From: a bacterium
Lineage (GTDB): Bacteria > Hydrothermota > 32-111
Direction of reading: 5' to 3'
Assembly (NCBI GenBank): GCA_050239825.1
Contig: JBFXGO010000001.1
Location: forward strand, 32,001 to 96,000
Length of the DNA stretch: 64,000 bases
The notes beneath the pieces were generated by a model. The model was not told the DNA's origin and did no database searches. It saw only the letters and a list, made by a program, of their open reading frames with translations. The first letter of the stretch is position 1. Every line of letters starts with the position of its first letter. Shown piece after piece: positions 1-8,938 of this stretch. Made by a program: the position numbers and the translations under genes.

Positions 1-2
1 GC

Positions 3-1034
3 AAAAAAGAAACTGATAGCTATTTTGTTGAATATGAGATTGCGACAGAGTGCCATATAGCAGGTATACTGGATTACGGTACCGGTATTATTTTGTGTGG
101 AGGGTTAACCATAGAGAAAGATGAGAATGGGCTTTATCATTATTTACTAAAAGTAAGGTATGCGGGCGTAAAAGAACCTTATTACAATAATAAAGCGAAT
201 AAAAAAGGATATTATTTTAAGGACGGCATACTTGGTGAACTCCTTTCCATTTTTTCTTTATACTTTCAATGTCGTTTTTATTTGATAGCAACTTTTACTG
301 GAGAATTAACCAATCATGGATTAAGAATAAAAACAGGAAATAAGTTCATTTATAGAGCGTGTAATCCAGTCATTCACCCACAAATTTTTTCTTCCAAGAG
401 TAGAGACCTTGCGATTGGATTATCCGATTTTTTAGATACAATAAAATCATTAGACACGAAGTATCATCAACAGTTTATTTTGACATGTTTTCACTATGCC
501 CAATCATTAAAAGAAATAGGCGTTGACAGCGAAATGGTATTTATCAGGTTGGTATCCGCAATTGAATCAATTTCAAAATTTATCAAATTGGATAAAAAAG
601 TTGATTTATTTAATGGAAAAACTTTTGAAAATATTGTAAAGAGCGATGCTCTTTCAAAAACAGAAACGGAAGAATTAAAGAAAACTTTTGAGAATAGAAA
701 ATCAAAAGCAAGATTTATTACTTTTATTGAAAAATACTCAAGCGGATATTTTAAGGGCGGGAATTACAAAGCAAAACACTGCAAAATCTCTAAAAAGCAG
801 CTGCCAAAAGTTTTGCGGACTATTTATGACGCTCGCTCAGCTTATTTACATAACGGCGAGCCAATGTATTTAAGCCAGCCAATGTATGGTGGAGAAAAAT
901 GGGACACTGATCCGAATATAGGCATGATAGTAGACAATAGGTCTTTCTCCGTTTCGCAAAAATTACCATTTACCTATTTTTTTGAAGGTTTAGTTAGACA
1001 ATGTTTGTTGAATTTCTTGAAGCAAAAAAAATAA
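3..1034 (+). CDS. ApeA-like HEPN domain protein (5'-truncated by window edge)
   Basis: Frame is open from position 3. The C-terminus has FIRLVSAIES and an RxxxxH motif (YDARSAYLHNG), typical of HEPN RNases. Confidence 0.65.
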   Translation, partial: KKETDSYFVEYEIATECHIAGILDYGTGIILCGGLTIEKDENGLYHYLLKVRYAGVKEPYYNNKANKKGYYFKDGILGELLSIFSLYFQCRFYLIATFTGELTNHGLRIKTGNKFIYRACNPVIHPQIFSSKSRDLAIGLSDFLDTIKSLDTKYHQQFILTCFHYAQSLKEIGVDSEMVFIRLVSAIESISKFIKLDKKVDLFNGKTFENIVKSDALSKTETEELKKTFENRKSKARFITFIEKYSSGYFKGGNYKAKHCKISKKQLPKVLRTIYDARSAYLHNGEPMYLSQPMYGGEKWDTDPNIGMIVDNRSFSVSQKLPFTYFFEGLVRQCLLNFLKQKK

Positions 1035-1035
1035 T

Positions 1036-1719
1036 ATGGATAAACTTCAAATAGAATCAACAACACTTTGGGATTTTCCGAGACAAAATTATGGTGACAA
1101 GCCACATGGAAACAATAAATACAATGGCGTAACGCCGGCTTTTGTCATTTGGAATTTACTCCAAAGATATACCAAAGAGGGTGATTTAGTTGTCGATCCG
1201 ATGTGCGGGAGCGGAACAACAATTGATGTTGCAAAAGAATTGAACCGAAAAGTAATCGGCTATGATTTGAATATTGTTAGGTCCGATGTAATTAAAAACG
1301 ATTCTCGGAAAATCCCGCTTGCGGACAATTCTGTTGATTTTGTTTTTATTGATTCACCATACTCCGATAATATTAATTATTCTGACAACAAGGAATGTAT
1401 CGGTAAAATTTCTTGCGAGAAAACAGAATTTTATGATGAATTAGAAAAAACCGCTTCCGAAATTGCAAGAATTTTGAAGCCAGGAAAAGTTATGGGCTGG
1501 GTTATTGCTGATCAATGGATTAAAAAGAAATTTACGGCTGTTGGATTTTTGATGTGGCAAAGATTGGAAAAACATTTTGAGCCTATGGATATTGTTTGTT
1601 TAACAAGACACAATCAAACGTCAAACACTGGAGTTTGGCACAACAGAGCAAGGCAGTTTAATTTTTATTTAAGAGGTTTTAAATATTTGTTTATAATGAG
1701 GAAGCCAGAAAATAAATAG
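1036..1719 (+). CDS. SAM-dependent amino-methyltransferase (N6-A/N4-C DNA MTase / TRM11-like)
   Basis: Motif I DPMCGSGTT followed by catalytic DSPY; starts 1 nt after the upstream stop. Confidence 0.85.
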   Translation: MDKLQIESTTLWDFPRQNYGDKPHGNNKYNGVTPAFVIWNLLQRYTKEGDLVVDPMCGSGTTIDVAKELNRKVIGYDLNIVRSDVIKNDSRKIPLADNSVDFVFIDSPYSDNINYSDNKECIGKISCEKTEFYDELEKTASEIARILKPGKVMGWVIADQWIKKKFTAVGFLMWQRLEKHFEPMDIVCLTRHNQTSNTGVWHNRARQFNFYLRGFKYLFIMRKPENK

Positions 1720-1816
1720 GCCGTATTTCGCAAAGCGAAATGCGCCGCCAAAAGAGATGTTGCCCCACCACTGAAAGAACTGCTATCTCGGTGCTTTACT
1801 TTTTACTATTATAATT

Positions 1817-1836
1817 GTTTTGGAATATTCCAAAAC
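1817..1836. promoter_or_regulatory. Perfect 20-bp palindrome, possible operator
   Basis: GTTTTGGAATATTCCAAAAC is its own reverse complement. Confidence 0.4.
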
Positions 1837-2132
1837 GCGCATTATATAATGAATTTGAAAGAAAAAGCGATGAAATTTCAATTCAATATAATTTCCTTAA
1901 AATTACTTAAAGTTTAACAAAAATATTTTGATTTCAACCATACCCTCCCAAATACTCATCAATAGAGGATGTTTGAGCAGTTTGGCAAAATAAAAAAGTA
2001 AAGTACCGATATTAACATTTTTTAACAGGGGCTATAGAATGCTAATTTTGACTGAGATTCAGAGAAATGATAAAATAAATACAATCAGTAGATAAAGAAT
2101 TATTTGTAATTGCCTGATAAGGAACAAAAGAA

Positions 2133-3049
2133 ATGGCAAAAGCAATAGATACAAAAAATGTCACAAAAAATTCGGTAAATTAAAAGCTTTGATAATGTCT
2201 CTATCAGTATTGATAAGGGTGAAATCTACGGGTTTTTGGGTCTAAACGTAGCGGGGAAGACAACAACAATCAGAATGCTTTTGGGAATGATGAAACCGAA
2301 CGGAGGCACTGCATATATTAACGGCAAAGAAGTTAATGCAGGCAATCATAAATTATGGAAAGACATCAGATACTTGGTTGAAATGCCTTATTCGTATCCG
2401 GAGCTGAGTGTTTATGAGAATCTCGAATCAGTAAGACGGTTAAGGGGAATCAGCGACAAAAAGGTTATAGATTTTGTAATAAAGAAACTTCATCTTACTG
2501 AATATAGAGATAAGTATGCAAATAAACTCTCTCTTGGAAACGCACAGAGATTGGGTATAGCAAAAGCGATAATGCATAATCCGAGCATACTGTTTTTTGA
2601 TGAGCCTTCAAATGGGCTTGACCCTGCAGGCATAGTTGAGATACGGGAGCTTTTGATTGATTTGGCAGAGAATCACGGTGTAACAATTTTTATTTCAAGC
2701 CATATACTCGGTGAAATTTCCAAATTTGCTTCCCGAATCGGAATTATAAACAACGGCAAACTTATTCAAGAGGCTGATTCACAAAAAATCAATATATTGA
2801 ATCAAAAAAAAACTTATAGTGGATGTTATTGACAGAGAGGGTGCTTTGAAAACCCTTGCGGATAAAGGATTCTCCTGCTCAAAATCCTCTGAAGGATTCT
2901 TAGAAATAAGCGACGAGGATGTCATTAATCATCCGGAAAAAATATCGACTATGCTTGTGGAGTCAGGGTTCCCTCCAATTTTGCTGAGACAAAAAGAAGA
3001 GGATTTGGAGTCATATTTTTTCAATGTAATCAAAGGAGAAGAGAGATAA
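2133..3049 (+). pseudogene. BcrA-like ABC transporter ATP-binding subunit, frameshifted
   Basis: ATG 2133 (MAKAIDTKNVTK) is followed by two frameshifts before DNVSISIDKGEIYGFLG. Walker A reads GLNVAGKT; LSLGNAQR and FDEPSNGLD motifs are present. A further shift falls in the A-run near 2805-2812. Confidence 0.85.
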
Positions 3050-3059
3050 AATAAAAAAT

Positions 3060-3832
3060 TTGTCTTTGATGATGTGGATTGAATTTTTCAAATTGAAAAA
3101 ATTGAAAGTATTTGTTGGGTCGATGATATTCTTTGCATTTATAGCTCTAATGCTCGGATTGCTTATTTTTATATCCAAGCATCCTCAGATAATGGGCTCA
3201 TCTGATATTTTATATGCTAAGCCGTCAGTATTTATAAATGCGGATTGGCCATTTTTTTTGAGAATAATGATACAATTTATTTCAATGATGGGAATACTCG
3301 GCACGGATATGCAACCAGTTGGATATTCGGCAGAGAATATTCTGATAAAACAGCAAAGGATATTCTTGCAACGCCGATTTCAAGGGCTAATATATTTATA
3401 GCAAAAATGATTGTAGTCTTACTCTGGTGCATCCTTCTGGTGATAGTATTTTTCATTTGCAGTATGATTGTCGGTTTTGCGACAAATCTTGGAGGATTGT
3501 CCAATCCGTTTTTTATTCATTAAATAAAGTTATTTTCAATTTCAGAATTGCTGACTATATGCCTGTCAACCCCTGTGGCTTTTTTGGCAAGTTACAGCAG
3601 AGGATATCTTCTCCCTTTGGGTTTTCTTATATTTATTTTAATGTTTTCCAAATTGATCGGGGTCGGACTATCCGTACTGGCGCCATATTTCCCATGGGCG
3701 GTTCCCGGCTTATATGGAACTTCTGTCGGCAATTCACAATTGGGTTTTGTGTCTTATTTTATATTCTTTCTGACATGCTTGTTGGGATTTTTGGCAACAA
3801 TATTGTGGTGGCGATATGCTAACCAGACTTAA
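3060..3832 (+). pseudogene. Bacitracin/lantibiotic-type ABC permease, fragmented
   Basis: Three consecutive fragments (3060-3401, 3245-3523, 3548-3832) carry WIFGREYSDKTAKDILATPISR and PYFPWAVP motifs. Confidence 0.8.
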
Positions 3833-3890
3833 AGATGAATTTTAATTATCAATTTTGTTTATTCTTAGTTGAAAGCTATTTGAATAATGT

Positions 3891-5015
3891 TCATTTTTTG
3901 AGGCGGGATATATAGAAAGATTCTATCTGCTTTGCCACATTCTCCCATGAGTATTTATCTGCAAGAGTGAATCCGTTTTTTATGCACTTTTCTCTTAATG
4001 CTTTATCATCTGCAAGCTGAATTATCTTTTTTACAATGTCATCTTCGTCTCCTGTTTCAAACAATAAACCATTTTCATTATCCTTAACAACCTGAGAGTA
4101 TCCGTGAATATTGGATGCAACTACGGGAGTTCCTGAAGCCATAGCTTCAAGAAGAACTATTCCGAACGACTCACCGCCTAAAGCGGGGGAGCAGTATATG
4201 TCTGCTGATTTATAGTATGACGGAATCTCTCCGAAAGGAATGAAACCCTTGAATTCTACAGAATTCTCTATTTTTAAGTGCTTAGCCAAATTGCGTGCTT
4301 CACTGTCAAGAGGACCTTTCCCTGCTATAACAAGCTGTGCTTTGGGTTTCAAAGTTAAAAGTTTTTTAAACGCATTTATCATTACAATAACGCCTTTTCT
4401 TTCGTCAAGTCTTCCGAGAAAAAGAACTCTCGGGTATCCCTCTTCCAAATCATCTCTTTCTTTAACATTCGGATTGAACACTTCAGTATCCACTCCTGCA
4501 GGGATAATTGCATACTCTCCGGGGAAATACGGTTCCATTGCTTTTTTAGCTGTTTCAGATATTGCAAAAAGCCCGTTGATTTTTTTTAGATATTTTCCGT
4601 ACAGAAATTTTGCAATTGACGCTCCTGTTGAATTGAAAGAGAAACCGGCATTGAGAAATGCCGCTATATTGACTGATTTGGAATAGTGAAGGGCGAAGAA
4701 TGAAATTGAAGGAGGAAATGGTCCGTTAAGATGAATTATATCATAATGATTATTATGAAGCAGATTCTTTACTTTTGCAGGTATATCAAGCCCGAAAGAC
4801 ATTGTCGCGTATGACTTGTTCATGGGTATCATCAAAACTCTACCGAAGCGGATTACATGGTCATCTTCAATTTCATTTTTGTAATGGGTTGTAAGTATTG
4901 TGACTCTGTTTCCAAATTTTCTCAGGTATTTTGCCAGATAGAATGTGTACTCAGATATGCCTGACGGATATGGATAGTACGGGTCAGAGACGAGAAGAAT
5001 ATCAAGATTTTTCAT
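3891..5015 (-). CDS. Glycosyltransferase family 4 (PimA-like)
   Basis: FLGRLDERKG and GGESFGIVLLEAMASG motifs; probable start MKNLDILL at 5015. Confidence 0.9.
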   Translation of the reverse strand: MKNLDILLVSDPYYPYPSGISEYTFYLAKYLRKFGNRVTILTTHYKNEIEDDHVIRFGRVLMIPMNKSYATMSFGLDIPAKVKNLLHNNHYDIIHLNGPFPPSISFFALHYSKSVNIAAFLNAGFSFNSTGASIAKFLYGKYLKKINGLFAISETAKKAMEPYFPGEYAIIPAGVDTEVFNPNVKERDDLEEGYPRVLFLGRLDERKGVIVMINAFKKLLTLKPKAQLVIAGKGPLDSEARNLAKHLKIENSVEFKGFIPFGEIPSYYKSADIYCSPALGGESFGIVLLEAMASGTPVVASNIHGYSQVVKDNENGLLFETGDEDDIVKKIIQLADDKALREKCIKNGFTLADKYSWENVAKQIESFYISRLKK

Positions 5016-5077
5016 AATTAAAAAATTATATGGTATAAATGCGAAAAGTAAAGCAAAAAATAGAGAGTCGAACATAA

Positions 5078-5105
5078 TTGACTATTCATTTATATTTGAT
5101 ATAAT
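5078..5105 (+). promoter_or_regulatory. Sigma70-like promoter (probably leaderless transcript)
   Basis: TTGACT-N16-TATAAT with extended TG; ATG 8 nt downstream and no SD sequence. Confidence 0.55.
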
Positions 5106-5113
5106 AATCAATT

Positions 5114-5776
5114 ATGAAAAACTACTATGAGATACTCAATGTTCCGCAGGAGGCGACAAAAGCGGAGATAAAGAAATCATATATAATGCTTGCCAAAAGA
5201 TACCATCCCGACAAAATAAATCAGGAGGGCGGTGAAGACAATGGAATGTTCGCCGATATTTCTGAAGCATACGAGGTATTGTCCGACGACAACAAGAGGG
5301 CGGATTTTGACTCAAATCTGAAAAAATACAATGAAGGCATTGATGTCGAGCAAAAGAAGAGGGATGGAAAATTTGAACAGCTTCTTCTTAGGGCGAAGAA
5401 AAGGATACGGGAACGGAGGTTTTTGGAATCAATAGAGTACTTTCAGAAGCTTGAAAATAATTATAAATACACAAACAGACAGCCGACTGCGGAGTTTTAT
5501 TCTTATTACGGTTACGCATTATTCATGAGCGGAAAAGACAAAAAAAACGGAATTGATTACATGGACAAGGCAGTTACAAAAACAATGTTCTCCGATGAAG
5601 ATTACATGACGAATCTCGCAGAGGCATACTACATGAACAATGAAAAGAAAAAAGCGGATGAACTGATAAAAAATGTATTCAGCGTCAATTCAAAGAGCAA
5701 AAAGGCATACTTGCTTAGAAAAAAATATGCGCCAAAGAAGAAGAGTATTTTAGACATAATTTTCAGGAGGAAATAA
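5114..5776 (+). CDS. J-domain protein with TPR-like helical C-terminus
   Basis: NYYEILNV...AKRYHPDK...EAYEVLSD J-domain; no Zn-finger, so not canonical DnaJ. Confidence 0.85.
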   Translation: MKNYYEILNVPQEATKAEIKKSYIMLAKRYHPDKINQEGGEDNGMFADISEAYEVLSDDNKRADFDSNLKKYNEGIDVEQKKRDGKFEQLLLRAKKRIRERRFLESIEYFQKLENNYKYTNRQPTAEFYSYYGYALFMSGKDKKNGIDYMDKAVTKTMFSDEDYMTNLAEAYYMNNEKKKADELIKNVFSVNSKSKKAYLLRKKYAPKKKSILDIIFRRK

Positions 5777-6141
5777 TGGACTTTGACCTGGTTTTAAAGA
5801 ATTCAGGAGAGAAGATTGCCGGATGTGTGGCCGTCTCACTTGTGGGAATTGACGGAATCGCCCTCTCTTCATATACAAAAAATGCACAGTCAGACCTTTC
5901 TCTCGCCGACGCCGAGCTTGCTACTCTGTCGACGACGGCTGAAAAAATTTCAAGGGAGATAGGTGCCGGAGCAATGGCTGAAATAATCCTTATAACAGGC
6001 AAGATGACAATAGTCACTGCAATGGTGGGGAAGGACTACTACATTTACTATGCTCTGACAGGAAAAGAGCAGAATGTGGGATTGGCAAGGTATGAAATAA
6101 AGCGTCTCACACGAGAGCTCTCCCCGGTCATCTACGGTTGA
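5776..6141 (+). CDS. Roadblock/LC7 (MglB-like) domain protein
   Basis: GCVAVSLVGIDGIAL ... NVGLARYEIKR pattern; 121 aa. Confidence 0.8.
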   Translation: MDFDLVLKNSGEKIAGCVAVSLVGIDGIALSSYTKNAQSDLSLADAELATLSTTAEKISREIGAGAMAEIILITGKMTIVTAMVGKDYYIYYALTGKEQNVGLARYEIKRLTRELSPVIYG

Positions 6142-7487
6142 TGGGAAACCCTTTATATTATATTCTCTTTTCTCTCATCTTCGGTTTTTTTCTTGAGCAT
6201 TCTCTGCTTTTGATAATTTTTCCATTATGCTTCATTGTTTACTCGTTTTTTTGCAGGAGGCTTCTCATATCCCTTTCAATTGCTCTTGCTCTTTTATCGG
6301 GGTACCTGCTCTCATTTGACATAAACCCGCCGATTCTCGAAAATGGCAACTATGAGCTTGAAATGGATGTCAGGAGGTCTCTCAGGTATGATTACATAGT
6401 CTCTGCCCACGGTATGAAAATTCTGCTTAAAACTGATTATTCATTGTTTGAGGGGGACAAAGTATACGGTTTGTTCAAAGTGAAGAAAATTGAAGGGGTA
6501 AGGGACTATGAGAAGTATCTCATTGAAAGCGGTATCTTTCATTCGGCCGCACCTGTTGAAATAGATTCTGTCAAAAGCGTCATGGGAATTGAAAGGATCC
6601 GCACTCTTCTAATCAACAAAGTAAAGACTCTCTATCCGCAGGAGGAAATAAGCGGATTCATAAATTCTCTTCTATGGGGGTACAGAAAAGATCTGAACGC
6701 GGCTTTGAAAAAGGGATTCCTCCATAGCGGAGTTATACATCTGATAGCCATAAGCGGCCAGCACACAACAGTCATATTCTCTCTGATAATGGCTCTGCTC
6801 TTTCCGCTTCCTGTTCTTAAGAAAATTAAAATGATTTTTGCGGGTTTGATTATAATATTCTACGGTTACCTGACATATCTGAATCCTCCTGTCATGAGGG
6901 CTGTTGTTTTCATTATAATCATTATAATAGGTTCTCTTTCGGCAAGAGAGGCGGACAATGAAAATATGCTGATGGTCGTTATGATGCTGATGCTTGTTTT
7001 CAATAAATCCAATTTCACAGACGAAGGGTTTATGCTCTCATTTATCGCGGTGTATGGGCTTTTGCTGACTCCGAAGCTCTGTTATTCAAAGAGACCTGTG
7101 GTTATGCTGATTGCGTCGTCAATTATCATTCTGCTTCTCACTTTTCCATTTATGATGTTCAGATTCAAGTACATCTCTATAGGTTCGCCTGTTTTCACGT
7201 TTTTACTGCTTCCTCTATTCAACCTGATGCTTCCGCTCTCCCTGATTTCTCTGGCAATTCCGTTTTCATTTATTTCATCTGCAGTAAATCTTCTTTTTCA
7301 GGTCACAGAAAAAATAGTCTTCTTTTCTGAAAATCTTCCACTCTTTTTCAACATTTCCATTGATGCGACCGCATTCATATTTCTCTTTTCGACGATTCTT
7401 TTGGCGCTCAATAAGAAATTCAAACTGAGCGCCGTATCATCTGCTTTTCTATTTTTATACTCGCTTTTCAGATTCAGTTGTTTGTGA
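6141..7487 (+). CDS. comEC: ComEC/Rec2 competence membrane protein (no MBL domain)
   Basis: SGVIHLIAISGQH, PPVMRA and GFMLSF motifs; multiple TM segments; TGATG overlap with the upstream gene. Confidence 0.85.
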   Translation: MGNPLYYILFSLIFGFFLEHSLLLIIFPLCFIVYSFFCRRLLISLSIALALLSGYLLSFDINPPILENGNYELEMDVRRSLRYDYIVSAHGMKILLKTDYSLFEGDKVYGLFKVKKIEGVRDYEKYLIESGIFHSAAPVEIDSVKSVMGIERIRTLLINKVKTLYPQEEISGFINSLLWGYRKDLNAALKKGFLHSGVIHLIAISGQHTTVIFSLIMALLFPLPVLKKIKMIFAGLIIIFYGYLTYLNPPVMRAVVFIIIIIIGSLSAREADNENMLMVVMMLMLVFNKSNFTDEGFMLSFIAVYGLLLTPKLCYSKRPVVMLIASSIIILLLTFPFMMFRFKYISIGSPVFTFLLLPLFNLMLPLSLISLAIPFSFISSAVNLLFQVTEKIVFFSENLPLFFNISIDATAFIFLFSTILLALNKKFKLSAVSSAFLFLYSLFRFSCL

Positions 7488-7767
7488 ATCCTATGCTTTT
7501 TCCGTCCTTTCCGTGTTCTTCAATCTTTATCTCACCGAAGGTGGATTCATACTTTTTTATCGCCTCTTCAATTGATTTCAGAAGGAGTTTCGCATGGGAT
7601 GGGGTCATTATGATTCTTGTGTGAACCGAAGCCTCTGTGAGCCCCGGAAGCATTTTTGCAAAATCAAGTATAAACTCCGACTGGGAATGGACTGTAAGCA
7701 CAAGGTTCGCATACTTTCCCTCTGCTACCTCTTTGTCTATCTTGATGTTTATGTTCTTTTGGTTCAT
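7474..7767 (-). CDS. DUF3467 family protein
   Basis: AEGKYANL...SEFILDF...RIIMTPSHAK signature. Confidence 0.85.
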   Translation of the reverse strand: MNQKNINIKIDKEVAEGKYANLVLTVHSQSEFILDFAKMLPGLTEASVHTRIIMTPSHAKLLLKSIEEAIKKYESTFGEIKIEEHGKDGKSIGFTNN

Positions 7768-8885
7768 AGTGTGACTCCTTCAATTAAAAATTTACCGTCT
7801 TTATAGAAGAGTTTGTTGTCTCCATAGATTTCTCCTCCTTCCTTCATATCGCAGAGCATATCCCAGTGTATTGCGGATTTGTTTTTGCCGCCCGCCTCTT
7901 CAAATCCGTTGCCTATGGCTATGTGGACTGTGCCTCCGATTTTTTCATCAAACAGCATGTTCTTTACAAATCTGTCTATGCCGTAATTTGTTCCGATTGC
8001 AGCCTCTCCGACCACTCTGGCTCCTTCATCAACGGAGAGCACTGTTTGAAGAAGCTCATCATTTTTCTTGGCAAATGCTCTGATAATTTCGCCGTTTTTA
8101 AATTCTATGCTTATATCTTCAATCTCCTTTCCTGAATAGATTGCAGGGTATGAGAAACGAATCTTTCCGTTCAGACTTGATTCCACCGGGCTCGTGAAGA
8201 TCTCTCCCGACGGAAAGTTATGCCTTCCGTCCGAGTTTATCCACCTTCTTCCCTCTGTCGAGAAAGTCAAATCCGTATCCTTTGACACATACCTGAAATT
8301 CTTCATGTCTTTAAGAAAATCTATGATTTTATCCTGCATCTTGCTCACTTTATTCCATTCATCAACAGGGTTTTCTTTGTCGAGAAAACACGCTCTCATT
8401 ACGAAATCTTCAAAATCGCTTGAAGACATTCCGCTCTCCTGAGCAGAAGAATGTGTGGGGAAGTGAGTGATGACCCATTTGAGGTCGCCGCTTCCTGCTC
8501 TTTCAAAATAAGTCTCGTTGAGTTTCTTTCTCGACTGCATTGATGTCATGAGTTTTTTCGCAGGCACTGAGGAGAGGGATTTGATGTTGTTTTCCCCGCT
8601 TATAGTGATGAATGCGTTGTAGTTTTTAATCACCCACTCCTCTGCCGGGGAGACATACATAATCTGTTTTTCAGAAGCCTCCTTCAGGAATATTTCCGAG
8701 AGCTCGCTCTCAATTATCCTGAAATCAGGCTGGCCTCCCGCCTTTAGAATCTCCCTATACAGTTCCTTTATAAGTGGCATTGCCGCATAGGAGCCGCGAA
8801 TCATAACCTTATCGTCCGGTTTGACTGAAACGGAATAGTTGACCAGAGTCTTTGCCCATTTGGAAATTCTTGAATCAATAAGCAT
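7764..8885 (-). CDS. Aminopeptidase, M29 family (thermophilic metalloprotease)
   Basis: NFPSGEIFTSP, GEAAIG, FDEKIGGTVHIAIG and SAIHWDM motifs. Confidence 0.92.
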   Translation of the reverse strand: MLIDSRISKWAKTLVNYSVSVKPDDKVMIRGSYAAMPLIKELYREILKAGGQPDFRIIESELSEIFLKEASEKQIMYVSPAEEWVIKNYNAFITISGENNIKSLSSVPAKKLMTSMQSRKKLNETYFERAGSGDLKWVITHFPTHSSAQESGMSSSDFEDFVMRACFLDKENPVDEWNKVSKMQDKIIDFLKDMKNFRYVSKDTDLTFSTEGRRWINSDGRHNFPSGEIFTSPVESSLNGKIRFSYPAIYSGKEIEDISIEFKNGEIIRAFAKKNDELLQTVLSVDEGARVVGEAAIGTNYGIDRFVKNMLFDEKIGGTVHIAIGNGFEEAGGKNKSAIHWDMLCDMKEGGEIYGDNKLFYKDGKFLIEGVTL

Positions 8886-8901
8886 ACTGCCTCCATTTGT
8901 A

Positions 8902-8938
8902 TTGACATGTCAAAATTGAAAGTTATAATTTTGACATG
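8902..8938 (+). promoter_or_regulatory. Sigma70-like promoter overlapped by inverted repeats
   Basis: TTGACA 8902-8907, N16, TATAAT 8924-8929; 12-bp inverted repeat at 8906-8917/8927-8938; ATG at 8936. Confidence 0.6.

Noticed and set aside
1834..1860. dif site (CGCGCATTA resembles the XerC arm)
   Set aside because: No TTATGTTAAA-like XerD arm at the required spacing.
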